Positions 34,874 to 43,948 of a stretch of 64,000 nucleotides of DNA are shown here, piece after piece (the stretch's first letter is position 1; each line of letters begins with the position of its first letter). Under the pieces are notes generated by a model. That model had not been told where the DNA came from. It worked only from the letters and a program-made list of their open reading frames with translations, and made no database searches. The stretch covers positions 7,522-71,521 of IMG/VR virus record IMGVR_UViG_3300031857_000111, one strand, 5' to 3'. Made by a program: the position numbers and the translations under genes. The stretch comes from a virus.

Positions 34874-36910
34874 CTACTTTTTATAGCGGAAATTGCGCCA
34901 GCCTTCTGCCTTAATAGGGAGGCCGGGAGCCCACTTAGGCACTCGGGCTACGATACGTTCAAACTCCTCGACGCTACCCAGGTGCGCGAGGATTTCCGCG
35001 ATAAGTTCATCATGCACCGTCAGAAGAACGTCGTAGCCGTATTCTTCAGCGCGGAACATGGCTTCAACCATTACGTCCCGCGCTACCGCTTGGGTCGCAT
35101 TCTCGGCAAGAATACCTGGGGTAAGAGTAGCATCTTCCCACTTGCGCGTAAGGGTGTTTTGCGCCTTGATTACTACGCTATCTTTTTGCTCGCCCCAAGG
35201 GGTTGTTGTTCGCTCGATACGGGCGTTTGGGTAATTAAGGACGCGCCCCGATGGCAGCCGCATACGCAAATTGCCGTCGCGCATCTTAAACTTTAGATGA
35301 CCTAGTGTAATCGTGGAATTAGGATTACGAACGGCGCGGATCGCTGCTTTCTCGATGTTCCACCAGAACGACGAGATTTTGGAGTAGGTAGAGCGATAGA
35401 GTTTAACGATGCGTGCCGCCTCTTCGTCAGAGACAACGATATTTTCTTTCGTGCAAGACACCTTAAACTTACTTGCACCCATCTGAAAGCCTAGGCCGAG
35501 AACACATAATTTCCCTAGCTGTCTAGCTTTTGGATCAACTTTCTTATCAATCTTGCGACCGTAAATCTTAGAAGCAAAATCGACATAAATATCTGCTTCA
35601 TTAATGAAGCCCTCAAGCAAGTCATTCTGCCCCGCCAACCAAGCGAGAACGCGAACCTCGATTTGCGAGAAGTCTGCGGCGTAAAGCACTTTGCCTTCCG
35701 CCGCTGTGACCATACTACGAATTGTATCGGCAACGATGACGAAGGGTGGGCCGAATACCAAGTCGATTTCATCGTCATCCCCTTTAAGAATATACGGAAT
35801 AACGTCTTCGGGTTCGATATAGATAGGAGCCTTTGGATTGCCTAAGATTTCTGGCTTCGGGAGGTTCTGCAACTGCACGCCACGTCCCGAGAACCGTCCC
35901 GTGGTCGCACCGTGATAAAGCAGGTTGCCGTGGATGCGCCCGTGCTCATCCGCTTGCTCAAGTATCTTTTTCAGCTTGGCCGTGCTTGACTTGCCACCAA
36001 CCTGACGGGCGTAAAGGACTTGGCGCACGTCATGGGGCAAGTCCTTCATCGCCAATTCTGCGGCGACGTTCTGCTTGTCCAATGACAGCATCGTAATGCC
36101 GCGACTAGCGCACCACTCAATAATCTTGTCGCGCTGGTTAAGCGACGTTACCGCACCTTTGGTGATGCGGGCAACCTGCTTCTCTAATTTGGCGGATGCC
36201 TTCTCGATGATCTTGATAGCTGCCTTGACCGCCTTGAGGTCAACGCTAATGCCACGATCATTGATACGCTGGTCAAGCAGGTATACCTCGCGCTCTTCAG
36301 GCGAGAGAGGATAAAGGTGCTTCTCGGCAAGGCGTTCTGTCTCTACATCGTTGATGCAGTATGCGTAAAGACCTTCAAGCCGCTCATTGAATTTGGCGAC
36401 TTGCTTATCCTTGGTTTCTTGCTTCTTGCCCGTAATTTCAAGCGTGTCCCACCACCTAACGCCATCTTCGTCAACGGCGCGGGGCTTGGACATTTTGAGC
36501 ATAAGGCGGCTGCCCGCCATGTCCTTCTGGATAGGCAGCTTCAGGGCAGCCCCGAGCCCGTCCAGTGACCTAGGGAGGGCCATAGCGGCTGCCATAGCCG
36601 CCGTGCAATACCATTGCTCTAGCGCCACCGGAGGACAGCCGTAGCGGGGTGTGGTGATGTATTGGGTAATCAGCCGTTCAAACTGCGCGTTGTGTGCGTA
36701 GATCGGGTAACCGTTCTTGATGTGCTCCGCGATTTCTTGCGGAAAAGGAAAGTCGGGCGTCCAAAGCCGAACAGGATCATCTCCGAAGGCATAGGCCATA
36801 CAGAGAATGTCTGTCGTCGGGCTTTGGGCATAGCGATAGGCCCCGCACTTGGTAAGGTCAACTGCGGATTTGGTTTCGTAGTCTAGGTGGAGGATTGGCG
36901 TGTCAGTCAT
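34874..36910 (-). CDS. polA: DNA polymerase family A with 3'-5' exonuclease
   Basis: LDYET, AHNAQFER, YCINDV, TGRFSG..VQLQN, ADFSQIEVR, ENATQAVARD, TVHDE. Confidence 0.95.
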   Translation of the reverse strand: MTDTPILHLDYETKSAVDLTKCGAYRYAQSPTTDILCMAYAFGDDPVRLWTPDFPFPQEIAEHIKNGYPIYAHNAQFERLITQYITTPRYGCPPVALEQWYCTAAMAAAMALPRSLDGLGAALKLPIQKDMAGSRLMLKMSKPRAVDEDGVRWWDTLEITGKKQETKDKQVAKFNERLEGLYAYCINDVETERLAEKHLYPLSPEEREVYLLDQRINDRGISVDLKAVKAAIKIIEKASAKLEKQVARITKGAVTSLNQRDKIIEWCASRGITMLSLDKQNVAAELAMKDLPHDVRQVLYARQVGGKSSTAKLKKILEQADEHGRIHGNLLYHGATTGRFSGRGVQLQNLPKPEILGNPKAPIYIEPEDVIPYILKGDDDEIDLVFGPPFVIVADTIRSMVTAAEGKVLYAADFSQIEVRVLAWLAGQNDLLEGFINEADIYVDFASKIYGRKIDKKVDPKARQLGKLCVLGLGFQMGASKFKVSCTKENIVVSDEEAARIVKLYRSTYSKISSFWWNIEKAAIRAVRNPNSTITLGHLKFKMRDGNLRMRLPSGRVLNYPNARIERTTTPWGEQKDSVVIKAQNTLTRKWEDATLTPGILAENATQAVARDVMVEAMFRAEEYGYDVLLTVHDELIAEILAHLGSVEEFERIVARVPKWAPGLPIKAEGWRNFRYKK

Positions 36911-36930
36911 GTCGCTCCGATACAAAACAG

Positions 36931-36962
36931 AAAAGGGCGCGGCGCTCGTAGTCGCCGCGCCC
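36931..36962 (-). terminator. Terminator after the SSB gene
   Basis: GGGCGCGGCG/CGCCGCGCCC stem with TTTT on the minus strand. Confidence 0.75.
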
Positions 36963-36996
36963 CCTACTTCTAACCCCTCATAAACGGGACAAAAGG

Positions 36997-37572
36997 TTAG
37001 AAGATATCGCTCGCGTCGCCTTCGCTGACGTTCTTGCCGCCCGCGTCCTCAAAATCATCCTCGGCACGCGAAGCGCCGCCGCCAGAACCAAGGCGCTCGC
37101 CATCGTCAAGGAACTGGACGTTGTTGAGGCCGAACGAAACGCCACGGTTGCCGTTGTTATCGTAACCGTAGGCGTTAAGCGAGGCTCGCACATAACAGCC
37201 GGGATAAACCTTATCCTCGTCCGTAATCTGCGGGAAGGCGCCATTCACCTTGTTGCGGTCCACAACCTTCGGCTGCTTCTTCGCGGACACGGTAATGAAC
37301 ACGCAACCGTCGTCAAACCCGGCCACGTCTTCCTTCTCGGAAGCGTCGCGGAAAGGGTTACGCAGGTTCTTGGGCGGCTTGTCGCCAAACTTTGCTTTGA
37401 GGGCAGTCTTGGCGGCTTCCTTCATCTTGGCATACTCGGGCGTCGCCTGAGCTTCCTTGTCGAAAATCAGAACCGCCGAAAACTTCGGGGTCTGACCATT
37501 GAAGCCCCGTGCCTCAAACAGCGCCGGGAAAGCGAGTCGAGCCTTGGGGGTAGTCACCTTGGTTTCGCTCAT
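36997..37572 (-). CDS. Single-stranded DNA-binding protein (DUF2815)
   Basis: RLAFPALF, PFRD, VYPGCYVRA, GNRGVSFGLNNVQF..DGERLG, acidic tail ending DIF. Confidence 0.9.
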   Translation of the reverse strand: MSETKVTTPKARLAFPALFEARGFNGQTPKFSAVLIFDKEAQATPEYAKMKEAAKTALKAKFGDKPPKNLRNPFRDASEKEDVAGFDDGCVFITVSAKKQPKVVDRNKVNGAFPQITDEDKVYPGCYVRASLNAYGYDNNGNRGVSFGLNNVQFLDDGERLGSGGGASRAEDDFEDAGGKNVSEGDASDIF

Positions 37573-37593
37573 TGCGAACAATCTCCATACGGA

Positions 37594-37661
37594 GCCGGGT
37601 TAACGCATTCCCCCGCGAGAAGCGCCATAGCCCGGCCATAAGTATTAGGGTGCGGGGGAAT
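37594..37661 (-). promoter_or_regulatory. Predicted RNA pseudoknot in the SSB 5' leader
   Basis: Crossed stems 37652-37661/37607-37616 (10 bp) and 37628-37636/37594-37602 (6 bp plus extension), just upstream of the GGAG SD. Confidence 0.6.
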
Positions 37662-37663
37662 CT

Positions 37664-38902
37664 TTATTCAAAATTGCGATCTTGAAACCCATCGGCTTCA
37701 AGCGCGTCAATATCATCAAACTCATCGCCCGTCAACGACAAAACAACAGCCGGGCGCTTGTCAGACAAGGGCGCGATGGTGTTGCCAGTCGAGACAGCAT
37801 TAATAAGCGGGGCGAGACGATCCTTGATCGCCTTCTTCTTACCCAACTTCTCTTCCGCCTGTGCCGGTGATAGCAACTTGCGGACGTAGATATCATCTTC
37901 ATCCAGGCCCATCTGTTCAAGCAGGCCGACAGCTTGCTCTTCGTCGTTCCACTTCCGAGTTGCCCGTTTGGCGACCAACTTAAAGCCTGGGATTACGCCA
38001 CCGCTTTCAAGGCGGGAAGCGGCGTAAGCCTGCACCGAGTTGACCCACCCCTTAAACACATCTGCCTTCTTCAGAATGTCGGCAATCTGCGTATCGGTAA
38101 GTGTCTCGGGAGCGGGTGGGCTAAATCCGTCGTCAAACTCACTCTGCGCGGCTGCTAGGGCCTGTTGGTGCAAGAGAGGGCACTTGGCTTGGGCAGGGCA
38201 GAAACGGCACCAGTCGCCTTCCTGAAGCGGCGCGCTAGGGTCTAGCGTGCGATGAGCATAACCCATAAGGTCTTCAGCCCACTCGGAACGCAGCGTATAG
38301 GCGTCGATAGTGAAAGTGCGAACGGGACCATCGGCATGTCGGTATCGGGGCTGCACAATCACCATACGCACAACACGGGGTAGATAGCCGTGCTTCTCCA
38401 TTTCTAGCATAGCGCCAAGGGCGTAGTAGGAAAGCTGCGGAGAGTTCTCCACCTTGACCGACACACCCGCGCCATACTTGAGGTCCATGACAGTAAGAAC
38501 CTTGTCCTTGGCGTCCCAAACCACAGCGTCGGCGGTGCCAAACATCGGAACAGGCGGATTGAGCGGCGCAAGCGAAAACCGTTGCTCGATAAATAGTTCA
38601 TTGCCTTCGGCAGCTTCGTTTACCGCATCAACGTAAATCTGCACGGCTTCGGCCATATCTTCGTCAACCGTAAAACCTTCAATCTCTTCGTCAAGAAAGG
38701 AGATTGTGGGCTTCTTGGTAGCAAGACAGCGTTCGGCCAATTCGTGCGCCGCCGTGCCCTCGCGGGCGAAGTCGGAGGAAGTGTTAGGCATCCCCTCAGA
38801 CATGCGGACGGAGCCGGGGCAGTTGATCCAGCGGCTTGCGCTACTCGCGCCCAAAGTAGCATGGGCGCGAGTGTTATGGGCGACGAGGGAAGTGTTAGTC
38901 AT
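37664..38902 (-). CDS. DUF2800 Cas4-like PD-(D/E)XK exonuclease
   Basis: HATLGASSASRWINCPGS, EGTAAHELAE, FGTAD, DLKYG, QLSYYALG, CRFCPA..CP. Confidence 0.9.
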   Translation of the reverse strand: MTNTSLVAHNTRAHATLGASSASRWINCPGSVRMSEGMPNTSSDFAREGTAAHELAERCLATKKPTISFLDEEIEGFTVDEDMAEAVQIYVDAVNEAAEGNELFIEQRFSLAPLNPPVPMFGTADAVVWDAKDKVLTVMDLKYGAGVSVKVENSPQLSYYALGAMLEMEKHGYLPRVVRMVIVQPRYRHADGPVRTFTIDAYTLRSEWAEDLMGYAHRTLDPSAPLQEGDWCRFCPAQAKCPLLHQQALAAAQSEFDDGFSPPAPETLTDTQIADILKKADVFKGWVNSVQAYAASRLESGGVIPGFKLVAKRATRKWNDEEQAVGLLEQMGLDEDDIYVRKLLSPAQAEEKLGKKKAIKDRLAPLINAVSTGNTIAPLSDKRPAVVLSLTGDEFDDIDALEADGFQDRNFE

Positions 38903-39497
38903 TAAACGAAATCACATACTTGTGGAGTTCTTCCACGCCGCAATCGGAAATGCGAACGCGCCCCGTCACTTCCTTGATGCGCTCACGCGCGGCATCAACA
39001 CCGCCATCGCTCATGTGCTTGCTGGCGAGTTGCAGCGCGCGCTCCTTCGCAGCGCCGGGATTTGCCTTAAACCACTCAAGCGAATCGGTGTCTTCGGGAG
39101 CGGGCGGGCCTTCCTCTTCGGGCTCAGGCTCAGGCGCGCTCTCGATGACTTCCTCGACGGGAAGGACGGCTTCGGGCTCAACGGCGGGCGGCGCTTCAAC
39201 CTCTTCGGCGTTCTTGCGCGGACGACCACGCTTCTTCTTTTCACCATCGGCAGCCGTGCTTGCGGGCGTAAGAAGAGCATCTGCCTTCTCGGCAAGCGCG
39301 ACATTGTTTTCCGAAACGCGATCAACCGCTTCGTTAAACGCCGTAGTGAACTCAGGCGAAAGGGTCGAAAGACCTTCCGTTCCAACAAGTTCCTCTGACC
39401 ATCCGCTATCCAGCTTATCAATGGCGTCTAGCGCCATAAGCCGGATATTCTCAGCGGCGTTAAGAACGATCTCAACGATTGCGGTATTGCGATCCAT
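38895..39497 (-). CDS. Hypothetical acidic protein with AT-hook-like KRGRPRK
   Basis: Typical position upstream of DUF2800; low-complexity linker. Confidence 0.6.
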   Translation of the reverse strand: MDRNTAIVEIVLNAAENIRLMALDAIDKLDSGWSEELVGTEGLSTLSPEFTTAFNEAVDRVSENNVALAEKADALLTPASTAADGEKKKRGRPRKNAEEVEAPPAVEPEAVLPVEEVIESAPEPEPEEEGPPAPEDTDSLEWFKANPGAAKERALQLASKHMSDGGVDAARERIKEVTGRVRISDCGVEELHKYVISFND

Positions 39498-39506
39498 GTT
39501 TGTCTC

Positions 39507-41969
39507 CTAAATCATAATCTGCGAAATAGACTCAGTTTTGCGTTTGATAACGCGGGTGATATCCTCGTCAATGCTACCCGCCAAGGTAATGAACCTAGCG
39601 AGCACAGAGTCGCTCTTTTGCCCCATCCGGTGCGCCCTGGCCGCAGCCTGGACGTTCTCGGCAGGTATCCAAGACGGCTCCATGATTAGCACATTGCTTG
39701 AGGCTGTCAAGGTAATTGCTGAGTTGGCGGCGGTAATTTGGCCGATAAAAATGAGCGTGTCTTCGTCGTTTTGGAAGTCATCAATCGCCTTCTGCCGCTG
39801 CGGCTTGCTCGTGTCTCCCGTCACCACAACAGGCTTATACGCCTTGAGGGCTTCCGCGAGTTGGGCGATGACTTCCTTGTGATAGGCGAATAGGATGATC
39901 TTGCCTTGGTTGGTTGCCTCCATTTCACTTTCGATAAACTCTACAACGGGGGCGACCTTCGCCAACCCCACAATGCGGCGCATGGTGGCGAGGGCAGTTG
40001 CGTTGTTTTGGGACAGTAGCGTGTCCGCGAGCAAAGCATCCTTCTCAAAATGCTTTGCCGAAGCTGCCGCAAGCACCGCCTGGATTTGCTTAACCTTCGG
40101 GTCTTTCTCAGCATCCTTGATTTGCTTGGCGGCACCTTTGGGGGGTTCAAGCACCACCGTTCCCCATTGCAGAGGCGGCAGTTCGGTCAGCACGTCTTCC
40201 TTGCGGCGTCGAATATACCACCCCTTCAAGCGTTCCTTTAATTCAGGGATATTCTTGTTACCCCGGATACGCTCAACCGTTCGCATACCGAAGTGCATAA
40301 CGTCCACTTGGCAGAACCGATGGATGAATTGAGCATAGGTGAGGCGCCCGTTTTCTGTTTCAAGCCGCTTGGGCGCAAGGGCTCTTAAGTGGGTATAGAA
40401 CTCCCCGGAGTTGTTGGGATTGGGGGTGCCGGTGAGCAAGATAACGCTGTTGACGTTAGAGATAATTCCACCTTGACCGTTAAGCCGTTCGCCGTAAAGT
40501 GCTTTTGTCCGCAGAGCCGTTCGGTTCTTAAAACAATGCGCTTCATCAACAATAAGCAAGTCAAACTCGGGGGCGTTAAGGATTGCTTCCTTAACGTGCT
40601 TGTTAGAGAGCATGTCGTGACTAACAATCACCACGTCGGCGGTATTGGGGATTGGCGACTTGATGGTTTGCTGGACATGGATCGTGCGGGACAGAAGGCC
40701 AAATGTCTCAAACTCGCGCGACCAGTTGATGCGGGCGATGGCGGGACAAGCGACAAGGATGCGGTGGAAACTAAGCCTGTCGCCTGTGCGAATAGCCTGA
40801 ATTGTGTTGTGCGTAACAATGTAGTCGTCAGTAACATACAACCTATCATCGGCGCTTACGCTAATACACACCGCTTCTTCTTCTCCACATGGTATAATCT
40901 CGGATATGTATTTCCGAGGCTTATACTTTGTGTTTGCCCTAAACTTCTTGCTTTTGCGACTAACAAAAAATGGGTTATACCCCTCTGGCATATTTAGCGT
41001 GGTGCAGTAGTGATTCTTTCCGGACGCGCTAATCTTTTGACTTTGGCGGGTTGTGCCACCCAAAGACCGAACAATCTCTACCACCCCATCGACAAGGGCT
41101 TTAGAATTAGACGTGAACTGCATAGTCGGTTCATCGTTGATATATCCATCCGTGTCCATTAGACCCCTAAGTAAATCGAGCCGCTGGCGAACGGAACCGC
41201 GCAAGTATATCTCGGGGATAAATTTATCGTCCGAACCTTTGCCGCGAAGCCCGAGTTGCCTAATAGCATGAGTCAAATGCCCTCCTTTTGAACTATTTCG
41301 ATATGTAAAATAATAGGTTGTTGCTTTGCTACTCTCTCGATGATGCTCTCGGTAAAAAACACCGCAAGTGTTCCTCCTTTTGACTTCTTCGATGATTTCG
41401 GAATCCATAGTTGTAATGCCGGTGCCGCCATACTTGATGCTTCCGTCCCCGAGAATTACACCGAGAACGTAAGGGTCAATCGGCAAGGGTTTTTCCGTGA
41501 ACAGGATAGGTTTCACTTGTGGCACAAAATACTTCGGCGCCCCAACGTATTCTACTGACTTAAATCGAATGTCGTCAGAAATCTCGGAAAGGCCCATAAC
41601 AAAGAAACCATTTCCACGGGCGTGTCTTACCTGCGTATTAACCAGCCACAAGTGTTCCGCGCAGCATTTAGTCTCTGTTTTATCGTTAAAAACAACACGA
41701 TAAATTGGTTTCTTCCCTTGAGGAAAAACACCAGTGACTTGCGTCAATTCTCCGTTTTGACCAAAGATATAATCCCCGACTTTCAGGCTACCTATATTAA
41801 CCCACCCCCCGTCCGTCAAAACTTTGCTATCGAGCGGCTGTGCTTTCCCAAGCCCCGGCTCGTCAAAATTGGCGGGGTGGTTTTCAAGAGTGATTTGTTG
41901 GGAGAGAAAGTCCACGCCTTCGATTTGGTAGGTGCGGAGTCCTTTTTGCCAATCAACCGTTTTGTTCAT
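39507..41969 (-). CDS. SNF2/DEAH-box helicase with intein
   Basis: DEPGLGK|T, IVDEAH, LTGTP..N, IRRRKEDVL.ELPP, QAAARAHRMGQ. Confidence 0.92.
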   Translation of the reverse strand: MNKTVDWQKGLRTYQIEGVDFLSQQITLENHPANFDEPGLGKAQPLDSKVLTDGGWVNIGSLKVGDYIFGQNGELTQVTGVFPQGKKPIYRVVFNDKTETKCCAEHLWLVNTQVRHARGNGFFVMGLSEISDDIRFKSVEYVGAPKYFVPQVKPILFTEKPLPIDPYVLGVILGDGSIKYGGTGITTMDSEIIEEVKRRNTCGVFYREHHRESSKATTYYFTYRNSSKGGHLTHAIRQLGLRGKGSDDKFIPEIYLRGSVRQRLDLLRGLMDTDGYINDEPTMQFTSNSKALVDGVVEIVRSLGGTTRQSQKISASGKNHYCTTLNMPEGYNPFFVSRKSKKFRANTKYKPRKYISEIIPCGEEEAVCISVSADDRLYVTDDYIVTHNTIQAIRTGDRLSFHRILVACPAIARINWSREFETFGLLSRTIHVQQTIKSPIPNTADVVIVSHDMLSNKHVKEAILNAPEFDLLIVDEAHCFKNRTALRTKALYGERLNGQGGIISNVNSVILLTGTPNPNNSGEFYTHLRALAPKRLETENGRLTYAQFIHRFCQVDVMHFGMRTVERIRGNKNIPELKERLKGWYIRRRKEDVLTELPPLQWGTVVLEPPKGAAKQIKDAEKDPKVKQIQAVLAAASAKHFEKDALLADTLLSQNNATALATMRRIVGLAKVAPVVEFIESEMEATNQGKIILFAYHKEVIAQLAEALKAYKPVVVTGDTSKPQRQKAIDDFQNDEDTLIFIGQITAANSAITLTASSNVLIMEPSWIPAENVQAAARAHRMGQKSDSVLARFITLAGSIDEDITRVIKRKTESISQIMI
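40806..41843 (-). mobile_element. Class 3 intein (346 aa) with LAGLIDADG endonuclease in the helicase Walker A
   Basis: Ala1 (AQPLDSKV), EHLW, LGVILGDG, LRGLMDTDG, AVCISV, VTHN|T. Confidence 0.92.
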
Positions 41970-42657
41970 ACAGCACTTCCATACTCACGCCACTACGACC
42001 CGACCCGTGTGTGGCTTTCTGCGCTAAAAAAGGCTTAAAATCCAACCAATCGGCGCCTTCGTTTTCACACACCAGCACTTGCCCGTTCCTAGATTTACAC
42101 CACTCTCCAAGATGTTGGAAATCTATATTTGTTGAAGAGCATCGGTAGTCTTTACCCGCCTTTTGGTAAGGTGGATCGACAAACCACGTTGCGTTGTGGA
42201 ACGAACATACATCGACATATGGTCTGTGGTAACATTTCCAGTGGCGTATCCCTTCAACTTGAGACGCAATGCGGTTACGGATTACTTCTCCCCAAAAACT
42301 GTTAGTGTGGGTGCCTTTTCGCATCCACGCGGACGGCGTTTTACATGGTTGGGCAGCACCCTTATTAAGCCAAAACCCGATCAACCACTTTGCCTCTTGC
42401 GGGACTTTGAGAGCATCTACCCCTTCTGACACATCAAGGGGTAGGTTACTAATCTCGGGGGCAGGAGTCCTAATAAGGTAATCCCACACCCCGATAACTT
42501 TTTCGTCTAAATCATACAAGAACACGTTGCGCGCGCTGTGTCTGACGGAGTACCCCGCACTCCCCGCGAATGGTTCTACGATGATATTGTGGCCGGGCAA
42601 AGGGTATCTTGGCGCAGAGCGCCACTTACCTCCGAAATATGTAAAAAACGGTTTCAT
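41953..42657 (-). CDS. DNA adenine methyltransferase (D12/Dam-like)
   Basis: FTYFGGKW, VEPFAGSA, FVDPPY. Confidence 0.85.
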   Translation of the reverse strand: MKPFFTYFGGKWRSAPRYPLPGHNIIVEPFAGSAGYSVRHSARNVFLYDLDEKVIGVWDYLIRTPAPEISNLPLDVSEGVDALKVPQEAKWLIGFWLNKGAAQPCKTPSAWMRKGTHTNSFWGEVIRNRIASQVEGIRHWKCYHRPYVDVCSFHNATWFVDPPYQKAGKDYRCSSTNIDFQHLGEWCKSRNGQVLVCENEGADWLDFKPFLAQKATHGSGRSGVSMEVLYEQNG

Positions 42658-43127
42658 CGAGTCGCCCCATACAACGCAATCAAGGCTGCCTCCGCGCGAC
42701 CATCATCCTTAACCCGCTTAAACGAGTCTGCCCATTCAGGAAAGCGCGCCATAGCGGCTAGACGCGCCCCACCCTTGTCAGCGGGGACGCCCATCGCCTT
42801 CTTCCATGTCGCGGGGTGAACAGTCGTGAGAGGCAGGTCAAGACCAGCCGCAATGCCGTGGATGATACCGACGCCAAAGCCAAAACTGAAGGCCCCCACA
42901 GCGCCCTCGCTTGGCCTTGGGCCTACGTTCTCAACGATGATGTGCGAGGCAGGATGGGTTTTGAGTAGATTAACAAGAAGGGCGGGCGCGATCTTGCGCC
43001 TTTCCTTCTTGTTGATCGTGACCGTGACTGTAGGCATGTCGAAAATGTTTAGGATTTTTTGGGTTTCTTGGTTTAGGAAAACGATGGCGCCGGATAGGCC
43101 GGGGTCAATGCCGATGATGTGGGTCAT
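42654..43127 (-). CDS. RuvC-like Holliday junction resolvase
   Basis: IIGIDPG.SGA, IVE, FSFG...G, P.TWKK, DGRAEAALIA. Confidence 0.88.
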   Translation of the reverse strand: MTHIIGIDPGLSGAIVFLNQETQKILNIFDMPTVTVTINKKERRKIAPALLVNLLKTHPASHIIVENVGPRPSEGAVGAFSFGFGVGIIHGIAAGLDLPLTTVHPATWKKAMGVPADKGGARLAAMARFPEWADSFKRVKDDGRAEAALIALYGATR

Positions 43128-43948
43128 TCTGAGGGTGTGTCCTTTTTAGGAGGCGGGTTTTTAGGAATCCAATCGTTGGGGTGTTTGTCGCCTTTAGAGC
43201 AATTACAGGACGCGCACAAGAGTTGAATGTTATGGGGTTCGTTTGAACCTCCTAATTTAAGGGGAAGTATGTGGTCGATATGGTATGTTACTTCTTTCAA
43301 GTCCGCGCTACAACCTAGGCACAAATGGTCTTGCTCTTGCAACATGCGAAATATGTCTTCCGAGCAGAATTTACCTTTAGCGTTGCGTTTCCGAGCACGA
43401 TACGAAGCGTTTAATGCACGTTTAGCCTCTGGTTTATCTTTTCGGTATTGTTTGGCCCTGCGTGAAATCGCTTCTCGGTGCCTTTCGTATAGACGCCTAT
43501 TTTGCTCCCTAAAAAGAGAAGGAAAATCTTTACGCCTTTGTCGCTCTCGTTCAAGGATACTTTCTTTTTTCTCATTATATCTTCTGGATGACTTTTGCAT
43601 AATGTGTTCTCTATTACGAAGGTAATACTCTGCTTTCTTTGCTTTCAGCACATCTGAGTTTTCTTTATGGTATCGGCGTTTGTCGGCCAAAACTCTTTCT
43701 TTATTAGCGTTTGCATATTCACGAACGCGGGCACAAATTTGATCTCTGTTTTTTGCGTATCCTTGTGCCGCGCGTTCACTTGAGCATTGCGCGCAAAAGT
43801 TTGATTTGACATACCTGTCAGAAAGGTGGCCGTGCGAGCACGGGTGTCCGTTAAAAAACCGAACGTCCCCGTCCTCACGCGCTTGTTCCCTCGTTTTAAC
43901 GACCTCGCACGTCAAATAGTTTTTAGGTTTTTGGCTAGAAGGCGTCAT
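43124..43948 (-). CDS. HNH endonuclease with N-terminal Zn motif and charged linker
   Basis: FFNGHPCSHGH..RYV...CAQC; CLGC...HIDHILPL..GGSN..NIQLLCASCNCSKG; AT-rich; overlaps the nrdB stop. Confidence 0.88.
   Translation of the reverse strand: MTPSSQKPKNYLTCEVVKTREQAREDGDVRFFNGHPCSHGHLSDRYVKSNFCAQCSSERAAQGYAKNRDQICARVREYANANKERVLADKRRYHKENSDVLKAKKAEYYLRNREHIMQKSSRRYNEKKESILERERQRRKDFPSLFREQNRRLYERHREAISRRAKQYRKDKPEAKRALNASYRARKRNAKGKFCSEDIFRMLQEQDHLCLGCSADLKEVTYHIDHILPLKLGGSNEPHNIQLLCASCNCSKGDKHPNDWIPKNPPPKKDTPSE

Noticed and set aside
37664-38902. Cas4-like gene as part of a CRISPR system
   Set aside because: It is the standard DUF2800-DUF2815-PolA phage replication module, with no array.
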